Assembly (NCBI GenBank): GCA_028023455.1
Contig: JAQFVV010000007.1
Coordinates: 12,524,001-12,588,000 of the forward strand
Source: Epiperipatus broadwayi
Taxonomy: Eukaryota > Animalia > Onychophora
Direction of reading: 5' to 3'
Length of the DNA stretch: 64,000 bases
The notes under the pieces are model-generated. The model saw nothing but the letters and a program-made list of their open reading frames with translations. It had not been told where the DNA came from and did not search any database. Shown here piece after piece: positions 52,677-64,000 of this stretch (its first letter is position 1; each line of letters opens with the position of its first letter). The position numbers and the translations under genes were made by a program.

Positions 52677-55600
52677 ATGAAATCTTTATTATTTGTTTTT
52701 GTTTAAAAAAAGTGTAAATGAATATTTATTTAATTCTCTTATATTTAAAGACACATGCTTCTTTAAAAGTTAAAAAAATTTCAATATTTATTGCAAAAGT
52801 ATATTTTATACTCATTATTATAATTAGATTGTTTATGTAGAAAACTAAGTTTCTAAACAGCTTTAGGATATATTTGTATTGCCACTAATATAATAATTTA
52901 TTTCTGAAAGTAAAGTAATTCCATTAAAAATAAATTATTAATAATTTTTATTTTCAATTTTTAATAAATATTGTATAAATTATTGTATAAAACATATCTA
53001 GAATTGTAATAAATTTAAAAATAAACACAGTTTTGGTTATTTAAACAATGTGATTTAAATGGTGATGGCAAAAAACTATCAGAATACAAAATAGACACTT
53101 GTCTGGGTGGAACCTAAATTCTATTATTTTCAGGAATGTTTTGATTTTCTCATCAACTATGATTTTTTTAACTAAAATTTTATATTATAAAGTGTATAGG
53201 AAAATCACATATTACAGTATGAAGCTTGTGGAAATTCTCACTAGCAGGCAAGTTAATGAACAAAACAAAGCACCACATGTGGAAATGTGGAAAGGTTAAT
53301 AAACATGATTCATATGATGTTCAAAGAAGAAAAAATGGCTGTCATCTTATCATAAAATTTATTTCATTTACAAATTTTAATGTTTTTTTGTTTAACTGTG
53401 ATCATATGTATGACTCCAAGATAGAAAAATGGGTTGTTGCTGTATCAAAGAATTTACTAAATTTAAAACTTTTTTAAACTGCTTATTTACATTATTCTTT
53501 CAATTAATATATAATTACAATATAACATCAAACTTTAATATACTTTATTTCCAAAAATGTAATTCAACAAATAAATACTGAATTATATTTACACTTACAT
53601 GAATATGCTTCTTGTCAATTTATATTTAAATCTTTTTAAATCCTATTATAGGAAAATTTTTAATTATATTTTATTAAAAATTTATTAAAGGTTAATAAAA
53701 TTAAATTTTATTTTATTAAATTCACTAAATGCATGTGTATGTGTGAGTGTAGAAATAGTTATGTGAGATTTTAGAAATTTCTGAAAAACAGATAATTTAA
53801 GTTCGGCTAATTAAAATTCATGAACATTTTTATTTTTATATAATTTATAAAGACAGATTAATTATAAGCATATGTACATTTATGTTTGTTATTGAAATCT
53901 TATCTAATTAACTTTGTGTTATGCTTGTTCTAGAATGTTTATTATTAATATTTGACCTAGTGGTAAAAAGGTGTTAATTGATAATTACTTACTGCAAAGA
54001 GTGCATTAGATAAGATATTCAAAATTTGAAAAATTTTGTTAATTAATAGAATTATGTTGGAACTAAGCTGATCAAAATTGTTATCAGCAAAAATATTTGT
54101 TTTAATTGAAATTAATCTGGAAGCCATTTGTCAAAAGTTGTATAAATAATTCAGTAAATGCAACAATAGGGTTCTTCATGAAAATTTCTTCAAGCTGTTC
54201 AGATGAGACAAATTCTTCTAGATAATCAACAAAAGTTTTAAGATGTCATTAGTTATTTGGCTATAAGAAGCTATGCAGAATGGCCTGTGAGTAGAAGTTT
54301 GTGTCTGCTTCTCCATCACCATCACGGGGAAGTGTGAGTTTGGAATCCTATTGGAGTTGGTGAAATGCTGCCCATCTGAAGTTTGATGAACTGAGTATCC
54401 TTGCCAATGTTCTCACCTTCATAAATGAATTCAGTCTAACCTGCCATGCCATAATTCCAGAAATAAAGAGCCACCTAGTCAATTATGCCAACTTCAGGTG
54501 CATGCTATTTCCAAAAATGAACATATCTTCATAATAACAAATTAATTATTAATACTGAGGAAAGGGCCATCCAGAACCATGTGAATTGCAACATGATAGC
54601 TACACAGTATTATATCTATATGTCACTTTTCATACCTTGCTGTGTTCTTTTAACATTCTTCATGAAGGTAATAAAAGCAAGAACAATTGTACTCTAGTTG
54701 TGAGACTCTGCACCCTTCTTATATACCAATGAAACAATTCACATGTTTTTATTTTACTTGTATTCTTTATTTTTTGTAATATTTTTCTTTAATGTTATAT
54801 TTTGCTAATCTGTATTTGTTAAGAATGATTGAATATATATTGGCATATGCAATCATTCTTAAATCATATATATGTGCACGATTTATTCAAAGATCATGTG
54901 ATTAAAGTCTATTTTGTAAAGGCATTTTCATTTCTAAAAATTCAGATAATCATCTCTCCCCACATTTTTCACGTAAAAAAAGCTAATTAATTAAAAGAAC
55001 AAAGAATTTTAAATCCCCCATCCCTCACCTGGCTCAAAAATTTTTGCTTTTTAAAAATACAGTTGTCATGCATGTCAAATAAAACTTTACTTGTGAAATT
55101 ATGAATGCAGGTTTTATTTAACAATTATAAAAATCAGTTGAATAAATTTTATAAACAATGTTAAAAATAGGATTATTTTTTTAAGTCATTTATTTTAATA
55201 TGTTAGCCCACCAATGTTTCTTTATAAAGATATATATCAATCACAAAATACAAACTAATAGATAATGTATTTCTTAATATGTGTGTGTATGATCTTTAGG
55301 TTGGATCTTTAATTAAGTAGTGACTATTAAGATTTATTGTTTTTTTAGATATTTATATATAATAAACCATTAGACTTTAATTTAGGCAAGTAAACTAATA
55401 TATGGCTATTTGTTTAAACATATAATGTGGCTATTTACACTTGTTTCTTAGTAATAACCATGGTAAATTTCATTACTTCGTAATGAATAAGTTCTTTATT
55501 GCATTGTTAGATGAAAAATATATGTTTTGATTTATATTTTTGTTTTCAATATGTTCATTCCTATTTCATGAAATTGGATTTGCCACATATCTCATACTTT

Positions 55601-56424
55601 AATACTCATATAATATGCACTGTTGACCACAATATTGTTATCACTGCAGACAATTTTTTTGCTTGGTAGTAATCAGTTTGTTTAATGGTTGTAGAAGCAG
55701 ACATTCACTTCTGCTCCATATGACCCACTGATCCATTGAAATTCCTGGGTATGGCTTCTCCAATGTGGGTTTATCATATCTGTATTTCATCATCAAATAT
55801 ATTCCCTGTTTTTGATATCCTAGCACTGTATTTAGAATATTCTTTTATGCATTTTAAAACTTGACTTTGCAAGCATGCAGTCAGTTATAATTCTAAGTTA
55901 ATTGTGGTTGTCCATTAATCTTGTGATTTAATAGAGTTAATAAATATTTCTATCTTAAACCTGCCTGACTGTTTATTAATTAAGAAGTTAAACCTTCATA
56001 GAATGACCACCCTGGGGATTATTGAGACATATAACCTATAGTTCCTCCAATTTATGCAATTACCAATAATTAACTATTTATTCACTAATTAAGTTAGTTT
56101 TGGCAACAAACTCAATATAATCTGTAAATCTAGCCATTTAAACTTTAAATCAATTTTTTGAGTCAATTTTTTTTTGTCACTAATAAGTTTACTTATGCAC
56201 ATATTAACTCTTGTATTTGGATCTTGTTTACCACAATTAATTTTTGTATAGTTTTAAGGTTCTCTTGTATTTCCCTGACCTCAGCAGGATATTAAAAAAG
56301 GGCATATGTGGTAATGTTTATATCAATGTTACTCACAGACATGTGTGTTAGTAATCATTGCTTGGTTCCTAAAATTATTTTTATTGACTATACACATCTG
56401 AAAATTACAATATGTACAAAATTA

Positions 56425-58500
56425 TTTAGAGAAAAGCTTTAATTTAGCCTTCAATTAGCATGGTATGCCTAGCATTCTTTCAACTATTTAATAGTCATTC
56501 TCATAGCACAGATTGTAAGAGGTATTTGTGTTATTTATTAGAAAATAAACAATGTAGGGAATTTACATAAAATTTGAATTGTAAATAAATACTGTTACAT
56601 AAACAATTTTTTTGAAAGGGGGATATCTATTCTTGGCAATATGTCAGTCTTCTTTCTCTATAGGTTTGGCATATTTAGAACATACAATTCTGACAGATGT
56701 AAATTCAAAGATATAACCAAGTTTGGATTCATGCTCAAAGAAAATGGATTTAATTTCAGTGCACTCTTTGGTATGATTATGTAAGTATTTGTGTTGCACA
56801 AATCATGTGGATAAATTGGCATATAATTCACCACAATATACTGCATGGCAGTTTGGATAACAGCATCTAATCTTGTATGCAGCTTGGGATTTCATTTCAG
56901 TGGGCAGTTTATTTTTTGTGTTGTTTGTCAACCATTTCAATATGGGGAGGGTGAAGGATAATTTGGTGTGTTATTTATCTTATATGTAGACCCTGGTATA
57001 TATGGAAATGATATTCAGAGTTTGTCATTGACTTGTGTAGGAGGCTGTCTAATCTTAAGATAAAAAATTTTGACAGCTTTAATAAGAACTAAGTCTTTGT
57101 ATCCTGTATATATTGTGCAAAATTTTTGACAGCCTGGATGAGAACTAAGTCTTTGTATCCTATATATATTATGCAAATCTGTGAAATATTTTTTTAATAT
57201 TTATCTTTTATCTCTGCATCAAATTTACATAGAGTATGGTTTATGTATACCAATCCCATGAGACTGGCTAATTTATGGGTCATCAATGTTAAAGTTTAGG
57301 ACATGTATAGATTGGTTTCATTTACACTTTGTAGTTTAACTGAGTAATGTTATGCTGAATATGTAAATTTAAGAATTTGATGTCTTTTAGGTTGACTTCT
57401 TTTTTTATTGTCCAGTTTAATGAAGACAAATGTGTAAGGTTTAACTGTATTTTACTAATTTGTGCCTCTGGAACATAAATAAAGACATCATCAACATACC
57501 GTATATATAACCAAGGATCAAATTTTCTTAAAATATTTAGGTAAAATATCTTCTTCAAATTTATTAAGTACAATACTTGATATTATGTCACTGATATGTT
57601 AGGGGAAGGGTATAGGCCACTGATCTTTTATTTCATAATTTATTGTTAAATAAAGTAGTAATATCTTTATGGATCCAATTTTGCATTCTATGATGAATTC
57701 TGTTTCTTCTGCATCATACTCAGCATTATCCAGCATCTTTTTAACAATTTAAATTGATATTTTATATGGGATGTAACCATATAGCTCAGAAATTTTCAAT
57801 CCATGTCATATGATTATACCTATAAAATTATATGTTTTTAATTTTATTGATTCATTCAAAAGATGATTTGACAGTAAATATTCTGAAACTATATTGATCA
57901 CTGAGCTGAAGTCACACATTAAACATAGATGTATTCTAGTTTTATATTAGTGAAAAGACTAGGAGAGGTTCTGCAGATGGATAGATGATATAATATTCAC
58001 ACTTCATGAACATATTATTCCAACATTTGCAGAGGATAACAGATATAAATTTATCTTCATTTATTTTAATATTGTACAAATTCATTAGTTTGAATTTTAA
58101 CTTCTTGATTTGTATATTCATTTTTACAAAAACATCTGTTTGGATAGTAATACAAACCAATTCTCCTTATGTTCTTTAATACAAAAAAAGGTATTTTCAT
58201 GAAAATATTGCTTAGCGGACTCATTATTTTTTAACCAGTTTTAATTTTCAATCTTCATTTGTTTACAAGCTGCTGATGTTGCTATTTGATCAATAATATT
58301 TCCTCTTTGCTCACTATCATTGTATATTGTTTATATATCAGTGTCAAGCTCTCTCATTGAGTGTTTCTATATTATGCCAACAAATCATGGTCCATCATCT
58401 AGAATCACCTTTATGTTATGAAGCAAGTTGTGTGTTGTCAAATAGACAAGCTTATACATTATTCTAGGAGCTAACTTTATATCATGTTTACCTGCAAGGA
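56425..58500 (-). mobile_element. Decayed Penelope-like element, second family (RT and GIY-YIG)
   Basis: WLYIRYVDDVF (ORF 57322-57573), KFLNLHI, and YKIRCCYPNCHAVYCGE...QH (GIY-YIG). Terminal repeat with a hammerhead-like motif at ~56464-56512. Confidence 0.8.
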
Positions 58501-58929
58501 AGCTTATTTTTTTTGCAGATGTTGCTTGTAGTTTAAGAGTCAAAATTTGGCATTTATCATTAACACCTGAGGGTATATATTTTGGTGTACAACTTTTATG
58601 TTTACATTACTCTTCTTTTTTAAAGATCTTCCTAGTTTAATAAAGCTTTTCAGCAAAATATATTTTAATTGGAAAGATATTTTATTTCTGTTATAAATAT
58701 CCGTAAACACTTAGATTTGACACCAATTTTGAAAGATTTTCTGAACCAAACATGTTTTAAGAAACTTAATTATTTCCTTTAAACACATTTCACCCTACAA
58801 ATTTTAAGCACAATCTTATGTTTTAGATGTGTATCCATTTTGTTATATTGTAACATCAAAACTTTAATATACTTTATCTCTGAAAATGTAATTCAAAAAA
58901 TAAATACAAATAAAACTATTTAAAGAAAA

Positions 58930-59860
58930 GTTTTAATTTAACCTTCAGTTAGCATAGTATGCCTAGAGTGCTTTTGACTACTTAAGTCATCCTCCTAGTA
59001 AAGATAATAAGAAGGAAGTGTGATATTTATTAGAGAAAAATATACATAAAATTTGAATGGTAAATAAGTATAGTTATGAAAGTCGTTTTTTTTTTTAAAG
59101 ACGGCACAGGATTCTTTTTTGTTGATTGCATGTCTGTCCTTGGCAATTTGCCAAGTTTCTTTCACTTTATGTTTTGCAGTATTACATTTGGAACATACAT
59201 TGCTGGTGGATGTAGATTCAAAGCTGTGACCAAGTTTGGATTTATGTTAGAAGAAAATGAATTTAATGTTTCAATGCACTCTTAGATGTAATTATATAAG
59301 TATCTGTATTGCACAACTGAGATGAACAAATTAGTGAGCTCTTCCCAAATAATAAGCAGCATTACAGTTTGCATTGCAGCATTTAATATTATATACAATC
59401 TAGGGTTTCATCTCAGTGGACTGTTTATCTTTTACATGGATAATCAGTTGATTCACAACAAAGGTAGGTGCGAAGGCCAATTTGGTGTGCAATTTATCCT
59501 ATGTGCAGCTCTTGGTATATATTGAAGTGATATTCAGAGTTTGTCATTGATTTGTGTAGAGGAATGTCTGATTTTAAAATGTTTTTTACAGTCATGATGA
59601 AAGTTAAGTTTTTGTATCTATATTGCACAAATCTGTGATATATTTTTCAATATTATCTTTTATATCTGCTTCAAATTTACATAGAGTATGGCTTCTGTAC
59701 AAAAATGTTTTGAGATGGGCTAATTTATGGGTCTTCAGTGTTAAATATTTAGGGCATATAACACTTTACACATGGATTGATTTCATTATCATTTTGTAGT
59801 TTAACTTAAGTGATATCACACTGAATGTAGAAATCTAAGAATTTGATGCTTTTTTGGTTG
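58930..59860 (-). mobile_element. Second copy (3' part) of the same PLE family
   Basis: Colinear with 56430-57400; IVYNIKCCNANCNAAYYLG (GIY-YIG). Confidence 0.8.
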
Positions 59861-59864
59861 GCCA

Positions 59865-60165
59865 CTGCTTTGAGCCTATATCTGCCAGAATTGTCTGTTC
59901 CAAATGCAATGATGCCAAACATGAAGTAAAAGAAGCATGGAATATTACCATGGTCACTTATGCAATCAATAAGAAAGAATCCTGCATCTCTATTTTTAAA
60001 AAATGGCTTACATAACTACTTTTTTACAATTCAAATTTTATGTAAATTCCTTGCCTTGTTTATTTTCTAATAAATATTACAAGTCCCACTTACAATCTGT
60101 GCTATGAGGATGACTATTAAGTAATTGAAAGCATACTATGCATACAATGCTAATTGATATTATGC
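59865..60165 (+). mobile_element. Inverted 3'/pLTR fragment of the same PLE family, joined head-to-head to the previous copy
   Basis: The plus strand matches the reverse complement of ~58930-59240 and ~56430-56720. Confidence 0.75.
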
Positions 60166-60190
60166 TTTTTTAAAAATAATTTTGTACATA

Positions 60191-60297
60191 TTTTTTCCAT
60201 ATGTCATAGCATTTGCCAGGAGGCGAACCTGCAACAACCATCTGCAACCAACTGCTTGCTTGCAAGGTACTGTGCTAACCTTTTGGCTAATTCTAAT
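60191..60297 (-). mobile_element. Older copy of the short tRNA-Gly SINE
   Basis: Minus strand GGTTAGCACAG...GCAAGCAGTTG...GCAGGTTCGCCTCCTGGCAAATGCTATGACA. Confidence 0.75.
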
Positions 60298-60698
60298 TAC
60301 AAAAGTGTATATTGATGCTGCATATATTGTAGTTTCACTATATAACTGAAGAATGAAGACTTTCCTGACTATTAGGTGATCTATATTAAAAAATCTTCAA
60401 AAAATTGGACATTCTAATTATCTTCAAATAAACTGAGTTATTTTGTTTGAAATTTTATGGACTTATATGGGTGATATGTTTAAAAAAAATGAGTTATGTG
60501 AATGTAACTTATTGTAGATGTAAAAAAGACTCATTAAATTGGGCCCAATTTTACTATTTTCACATGAGATTCACTGAATATTCATTTTAATAACATATGA
60601 ACACTTAAAAGTCTTTGAATTAATTAGCAAATATACATTCTGAAGTTAAGATTGTCTAAACGTGTCTTCCATGCAAGTTGTTGGGATTTTCAACATAA

Positions 60699-60856
60699 TT
60701 AAAACAGGGTTAAACTCTCCAGACAGTAGTGCCACTCAGTGCAAGCCAGAGTAATCAATGGATGCCAGAAGTCTTGTGCATAGTATCACTATCTAATGCC
60801 TACTCTCTGGTTTGCACTGAGTGGCACTACTGTGTGGAGAGTTTTGCCTGTTTTAA
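60699..60856. mobile_element. MITE-like element: ~50-bp imperfect TIRs, ~50-bp spacer
   Basis: TTAAAACAGG...CTCTCCA.ACAGTAGTGCCACTCAGTGCAA.CCAGAG and its reverse complement; TA/TAA at both ends; partial second copy at 19.2 kb. Confidence 0.8.
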
Positions 60857-61489
60857 TAACAATTATGAGCAAGCATAAAAAATGGTGATCATGTGATTTT
60901 CAACATAGTGAATTCATAATGTTTCATTGACAGAAGTGAATTTCTGCAAGATTTTTAGTATCACTAAAATCCTTATTCTGTTATATTATTTACCTAATAT
61001 TTCTAGTTGTAAATTTCAGTTAAGGTTTGCTTACTTCTAAAATAGGCAAAATTTTATTTTTAGTTTTGTTTGAACCTATTTCTCACATAAGTTTTTAGGT
61101 CTTTAAACAAAGGGATTCTTTTTATTTGATTTACAATTAAACAACACATTGTTGTAAGAATTTTAGCATTAGTTATGTAATGATCAAAGATATCTTCATT
61201 ATCAAATATCAATCTGCGTCTGCAATCAGAGAGCACTCTTTACCTTTATCCACCAACTTTTTGATTTTCTACTTACTTTACCCAATCCTGGAAATAAGGA
61301 ACATAATTTAATTTTGTTTGTCATGATTATAAATATTTTTGAAAAAGTTCATTCACAGCCATTCAATTTTGCCTTCAAAAATCTGAACTGTTACTTCAAT
61401 TAAAAACTATCAGGCAACAGAAAAAAGAAATTATGGTATTTCTTAATCTTAAACTCACCAGTAATATGCCATATAAATAAATATATACA

Positions 61490-62800
61490 AATAAAACCTG
61501 GAATGGAACTAATATATGGAGATGATATTAGAAATTAGCCCTACTTGGTTTCTTTAATACCTCAATGATGAATTTACAAATCTCCTCTCAGTTAATGATA
61601 TACTTATTTCTGAAGATCTAATATTTTTCATCATCATCAGGCATTTTTAACTATTATCAATCCAATTCAGGATGAAGATCTTCAATACTTAGGCTGTCAT
61701 ATCCACATCACACTATCATTCTTTCTTATTTTGTCCATCCATCTGACCTGATGTATTCATCTTTTACAATCTATTTGAATCCAGTTTAAGATTTCAACCA
61801 GTCATCTACTATTAACACATATTGTAATATGTCTAGAACATCTCCATTTCAATCTCTTAATTCTTTCAATGATGTTAGTAAAACCTGTTTTGACCTTCTA
61901 TCTATATATTTTATTCCCTCTTATTACTCCTAACATATACCTCTCCATTCTTTGTTAAGTCACCTGAAGTCTTAATTTGCTCTTCTATTAAGTGTGCAAG
62001 TCTCACATGCATAAGTAAGGTCTGATAAAACTGCATGTTCTCTTTTAATATTAATTTCTATCAAAGCACACTATCCTAGTTTAATTTTATGATTAATTCC
62101 ATCCATTATATTTTCACCTGTATAATAATTTGACCCAAATATGTGTAGTTGTTATTTTTTCTAATACATCATTAACAATCTTTATTATATTCTTTTGAAA
62201 AAATCGATTGAACATTACTTTAGTCTTTTTAATGTTTTTACTTTTATTTCGTAACTCATAATATTTTCCGAAGCTCTGAAGCATTATTTGCAAAAAAACA
62301 TTTACATCATCTGCAAAATGCAGCAGACTTTTATGTAAACTCCCTTAACTTCTCATTTTAATCCGTAAAATACTTCTTGCAAAACGGCTGTATAAAGGTT
62401 TTGGAGATATGGAGTCACCCTGTCATACATCATTCTCAATAATAATCTTTTTAGTATCAGTATGTATTCTAATCATTTAAAATCTAAAGTTCCCTGAAGG
62501 TGAATTATACTTGGAAATTTTTTTATATAGCACTAATAAAAGACTGATGTGTCTGTATTTTATAATATCTTCTTTATTACCTTTTTAAAATATCAATGTT
62601 ATTACTATATTTTTCTTATTATGTAGTTCAACTTTATCATTTAGATATTTGTTATATAACTTTGCCAACAATTTTTTATTTCTTCATTGACATCATTTAA
62701 GATATCAATTACAATTCCAAGCTCATCTAGATCATTCTCTTCTTCACAGATTTTATTGTATGATGTAGTAATTGTAGAAATACTTTTCCTTGTTCTCTGA
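61490..62800 (-). mobile_element. Decayed RTE-like LINE RT fragment, abutting the hammerhead array
   Basis: V*QGDSISPK and LHFADD on the minus strand. Confidence 0.7.
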
Positions 62801-63150
62801 TGAAATACAATTCTTTAAAATTAAATTGATAAAAAATCAAGTCATATGACCTAATTTTAATACCTTTCAAATGTTATATAGAGGTAAACAAACTCTTATG
62901 AAGCTTCAAAAATACCCTCAACCTCAGCCGTTTCTGCCTAATATATCTTTGGCATTATTAATGTTTGGCGATTTTATATTGCTAGAGCTATTAATATATG
63001 GTGTATCTGAACTTAGTTCATCACATACGGCTATTTGAGTTAGATAGCTGGATTTTTGGACATTTAAATGTCTGAAAGTTTCAGATTTTCTTCTCAATAG
63101 TTAGGCATTGATAAAATGCTGGAGTAGTTCTAGTATTTTTATTCCCTAGC

Positions 63151-63192
63151 ACCTCACTGATGATGCTAGAGGCAGAAACCACGGTCTGAGGT
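63151..63192 (+). ncRNA. Type I hammerhead ribozyme, copy 1
   Basis: ACCTCA CTGATGA TGC-TAGAG-GCA GAAAC CACG GTC TGAGGT. Confidence 0.9.
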
Positions 63193-63513
63193 TGAGGGTA
63201 TTTTTGAAGCTTCATAAGAGTTTGTTTTTAACTTACTCTATATATAACATTTGTAAATAGGAGCTTTATTAAAATTAGGTCATATGACTTTATTTTTTAT
63301 CAATTTAATTTTAGTTTTTTGCTATTAATGCTTTGGCGATTTTATATTGCTAGAGCTATTAATATATGGTGTATCTGAACTTAGTTCAGTCACATACGGC
63401 TATTTCATAGCTGGATTTTTGGACATTTAAATGTCTGAAAGTTTCAGATTTTCTTCTCAATAGTTAGGCATTGATAAAATGCTGGAATAGTTCTAGTATT
63501 TTTATTCCCTAGC

Positions 63514-63555
63514 ACCTCACTGATGACGCTAGAGGCAGAAACCGCGGTCTGAGGT
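63514..63555 (+). ncRNA. Type I hammerhead ribozyme, copy 2 (T>C mismatch at the base of stem II)
   Basis: ACCTCA CTGATGA CGC-TAGAG-GCA GAAAC CGCG GTC TGAGGT. Confidence 0.85.
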
Positions 63556-63882
63556 TGAGGGTATTTTTGAAGCTTCATAAGAGTTTGTTTTTAACTTACT
63601 CTATATATAACATTTGTAAATAGGAGCTTTATTAAAATTAGGTCATATGACTTGATTTTTTATCAATTTAATTTTAGTTTTTTGCTATTAATGCTTTGGC
63701 GATTTTATATTGCTAGAGCTATTAATATATGGTGTATCTGAACTTAATTCAGTCACATACGGCTATTTAAGTTAGATAGCTGGATTTTTGGACATTTAAA
63801 TGTCTGAAAGTTTCAGATTTTCTTTTCAATAGTTAGGTATTGATAAAATGCTGGACTAGTTCTAGTATTTTTATTCCCTAGT

Positions 63883-63924
63883 ACCTCACTGATGATGCTA
63901 GAGGCAGAAACCGCGGTCTGAGGT
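63883..63924 (+). ncRNA. Type I hammerhead ribozyme, copy 3 (consensus)
   Basis: ACCTCA CTGATGA TGC-TAGAG-GCA GAAAC CGCG GTC TGAGGT. Confidence 0.92.
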
Positions 63925-64000
63925 TGAGGGTATTTTTGAAGCTTTATAAGAGTTTGTTTTTAACTTACTCTATATATAACAATTCTTTAAAAAAAAAAAA

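Larger units (their letters stand above)
62821..63978 (+). mobile_element. Retrozyme-like tandem array (363/369-bp units, each with a hammerhead), with 5' inversion and ~14-bp TSD
   Basis: Near-identical non-coding units with predicted cleavage sites after 63186, 63549 and 63918. An inverted partial unit lies at 62816-62939. ACAATTCTTTAAAA is at 62807-62820 and 63979-63992. Confidence 0.88.

Noticed and set aside
54550-54590. CTGAGGA...GAACCATGTG
   Set aside because: GAAA is incomplete and the stems are weak.
55560-56400. Possible further PLE remnant (LDLQI; VLKYEICGK)
   Set aside because: The motifs are too degraded to support boundaries or a call.
62821-63978. CRISPR or satellite-only reading of the terminal array
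   Set aside because: The units are long and near-identical with no unique spacers, the context is eukaryotic, and the hammerhead plus TSD explain it better.

Overview
This is AT-rich, CpG-depleted eukaryotic DNA, probably from an invertebrate animal (inference from the transposon content). It looks intronic or intergenic and is almost entirely transposon-derived; no host protein-coding gene can be firmly called. The main elements are: a decayed LTR-retrotransposon gag (start-1.9 kb, minus); a full-length ~6.0 kb L1/Tx1-group LINE with a 13-bp TSD (24.0-30.0 kb, minus); several decayed Penelope-like elements (PLEs); RTE and mariner fragments; a ~2.0 kb Merlin (IS1595-like) DNA transposon with TIRs and an 8-bp TSD; a ~100-bp tRNA-Gly-derived SINE family; MITE-like and foldback palindromes; and two CpG-retaining islands. 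The strongest signal is self-cleaving RNA. At 62.8-64.0 kb a young tandem array of 363/369-bp non-coding units carries a complete type I hammerhead ribozyme in each unit. The array is bounded by a ~14-bp direct repeat (likely TSD) and has a 5' inversion, which fits a retrozyme-like circular-RNA retroelement. At least five other hammerhead or hammerhead-like motif families occur in the window. These include one in a PLE terminal repeat next to a tRNA-Lys-like Pol III module, and one in both arms of a 750-bp foldback. All alignments, folds and counts were done by eye, so boundaries of decayed elements are approximate.
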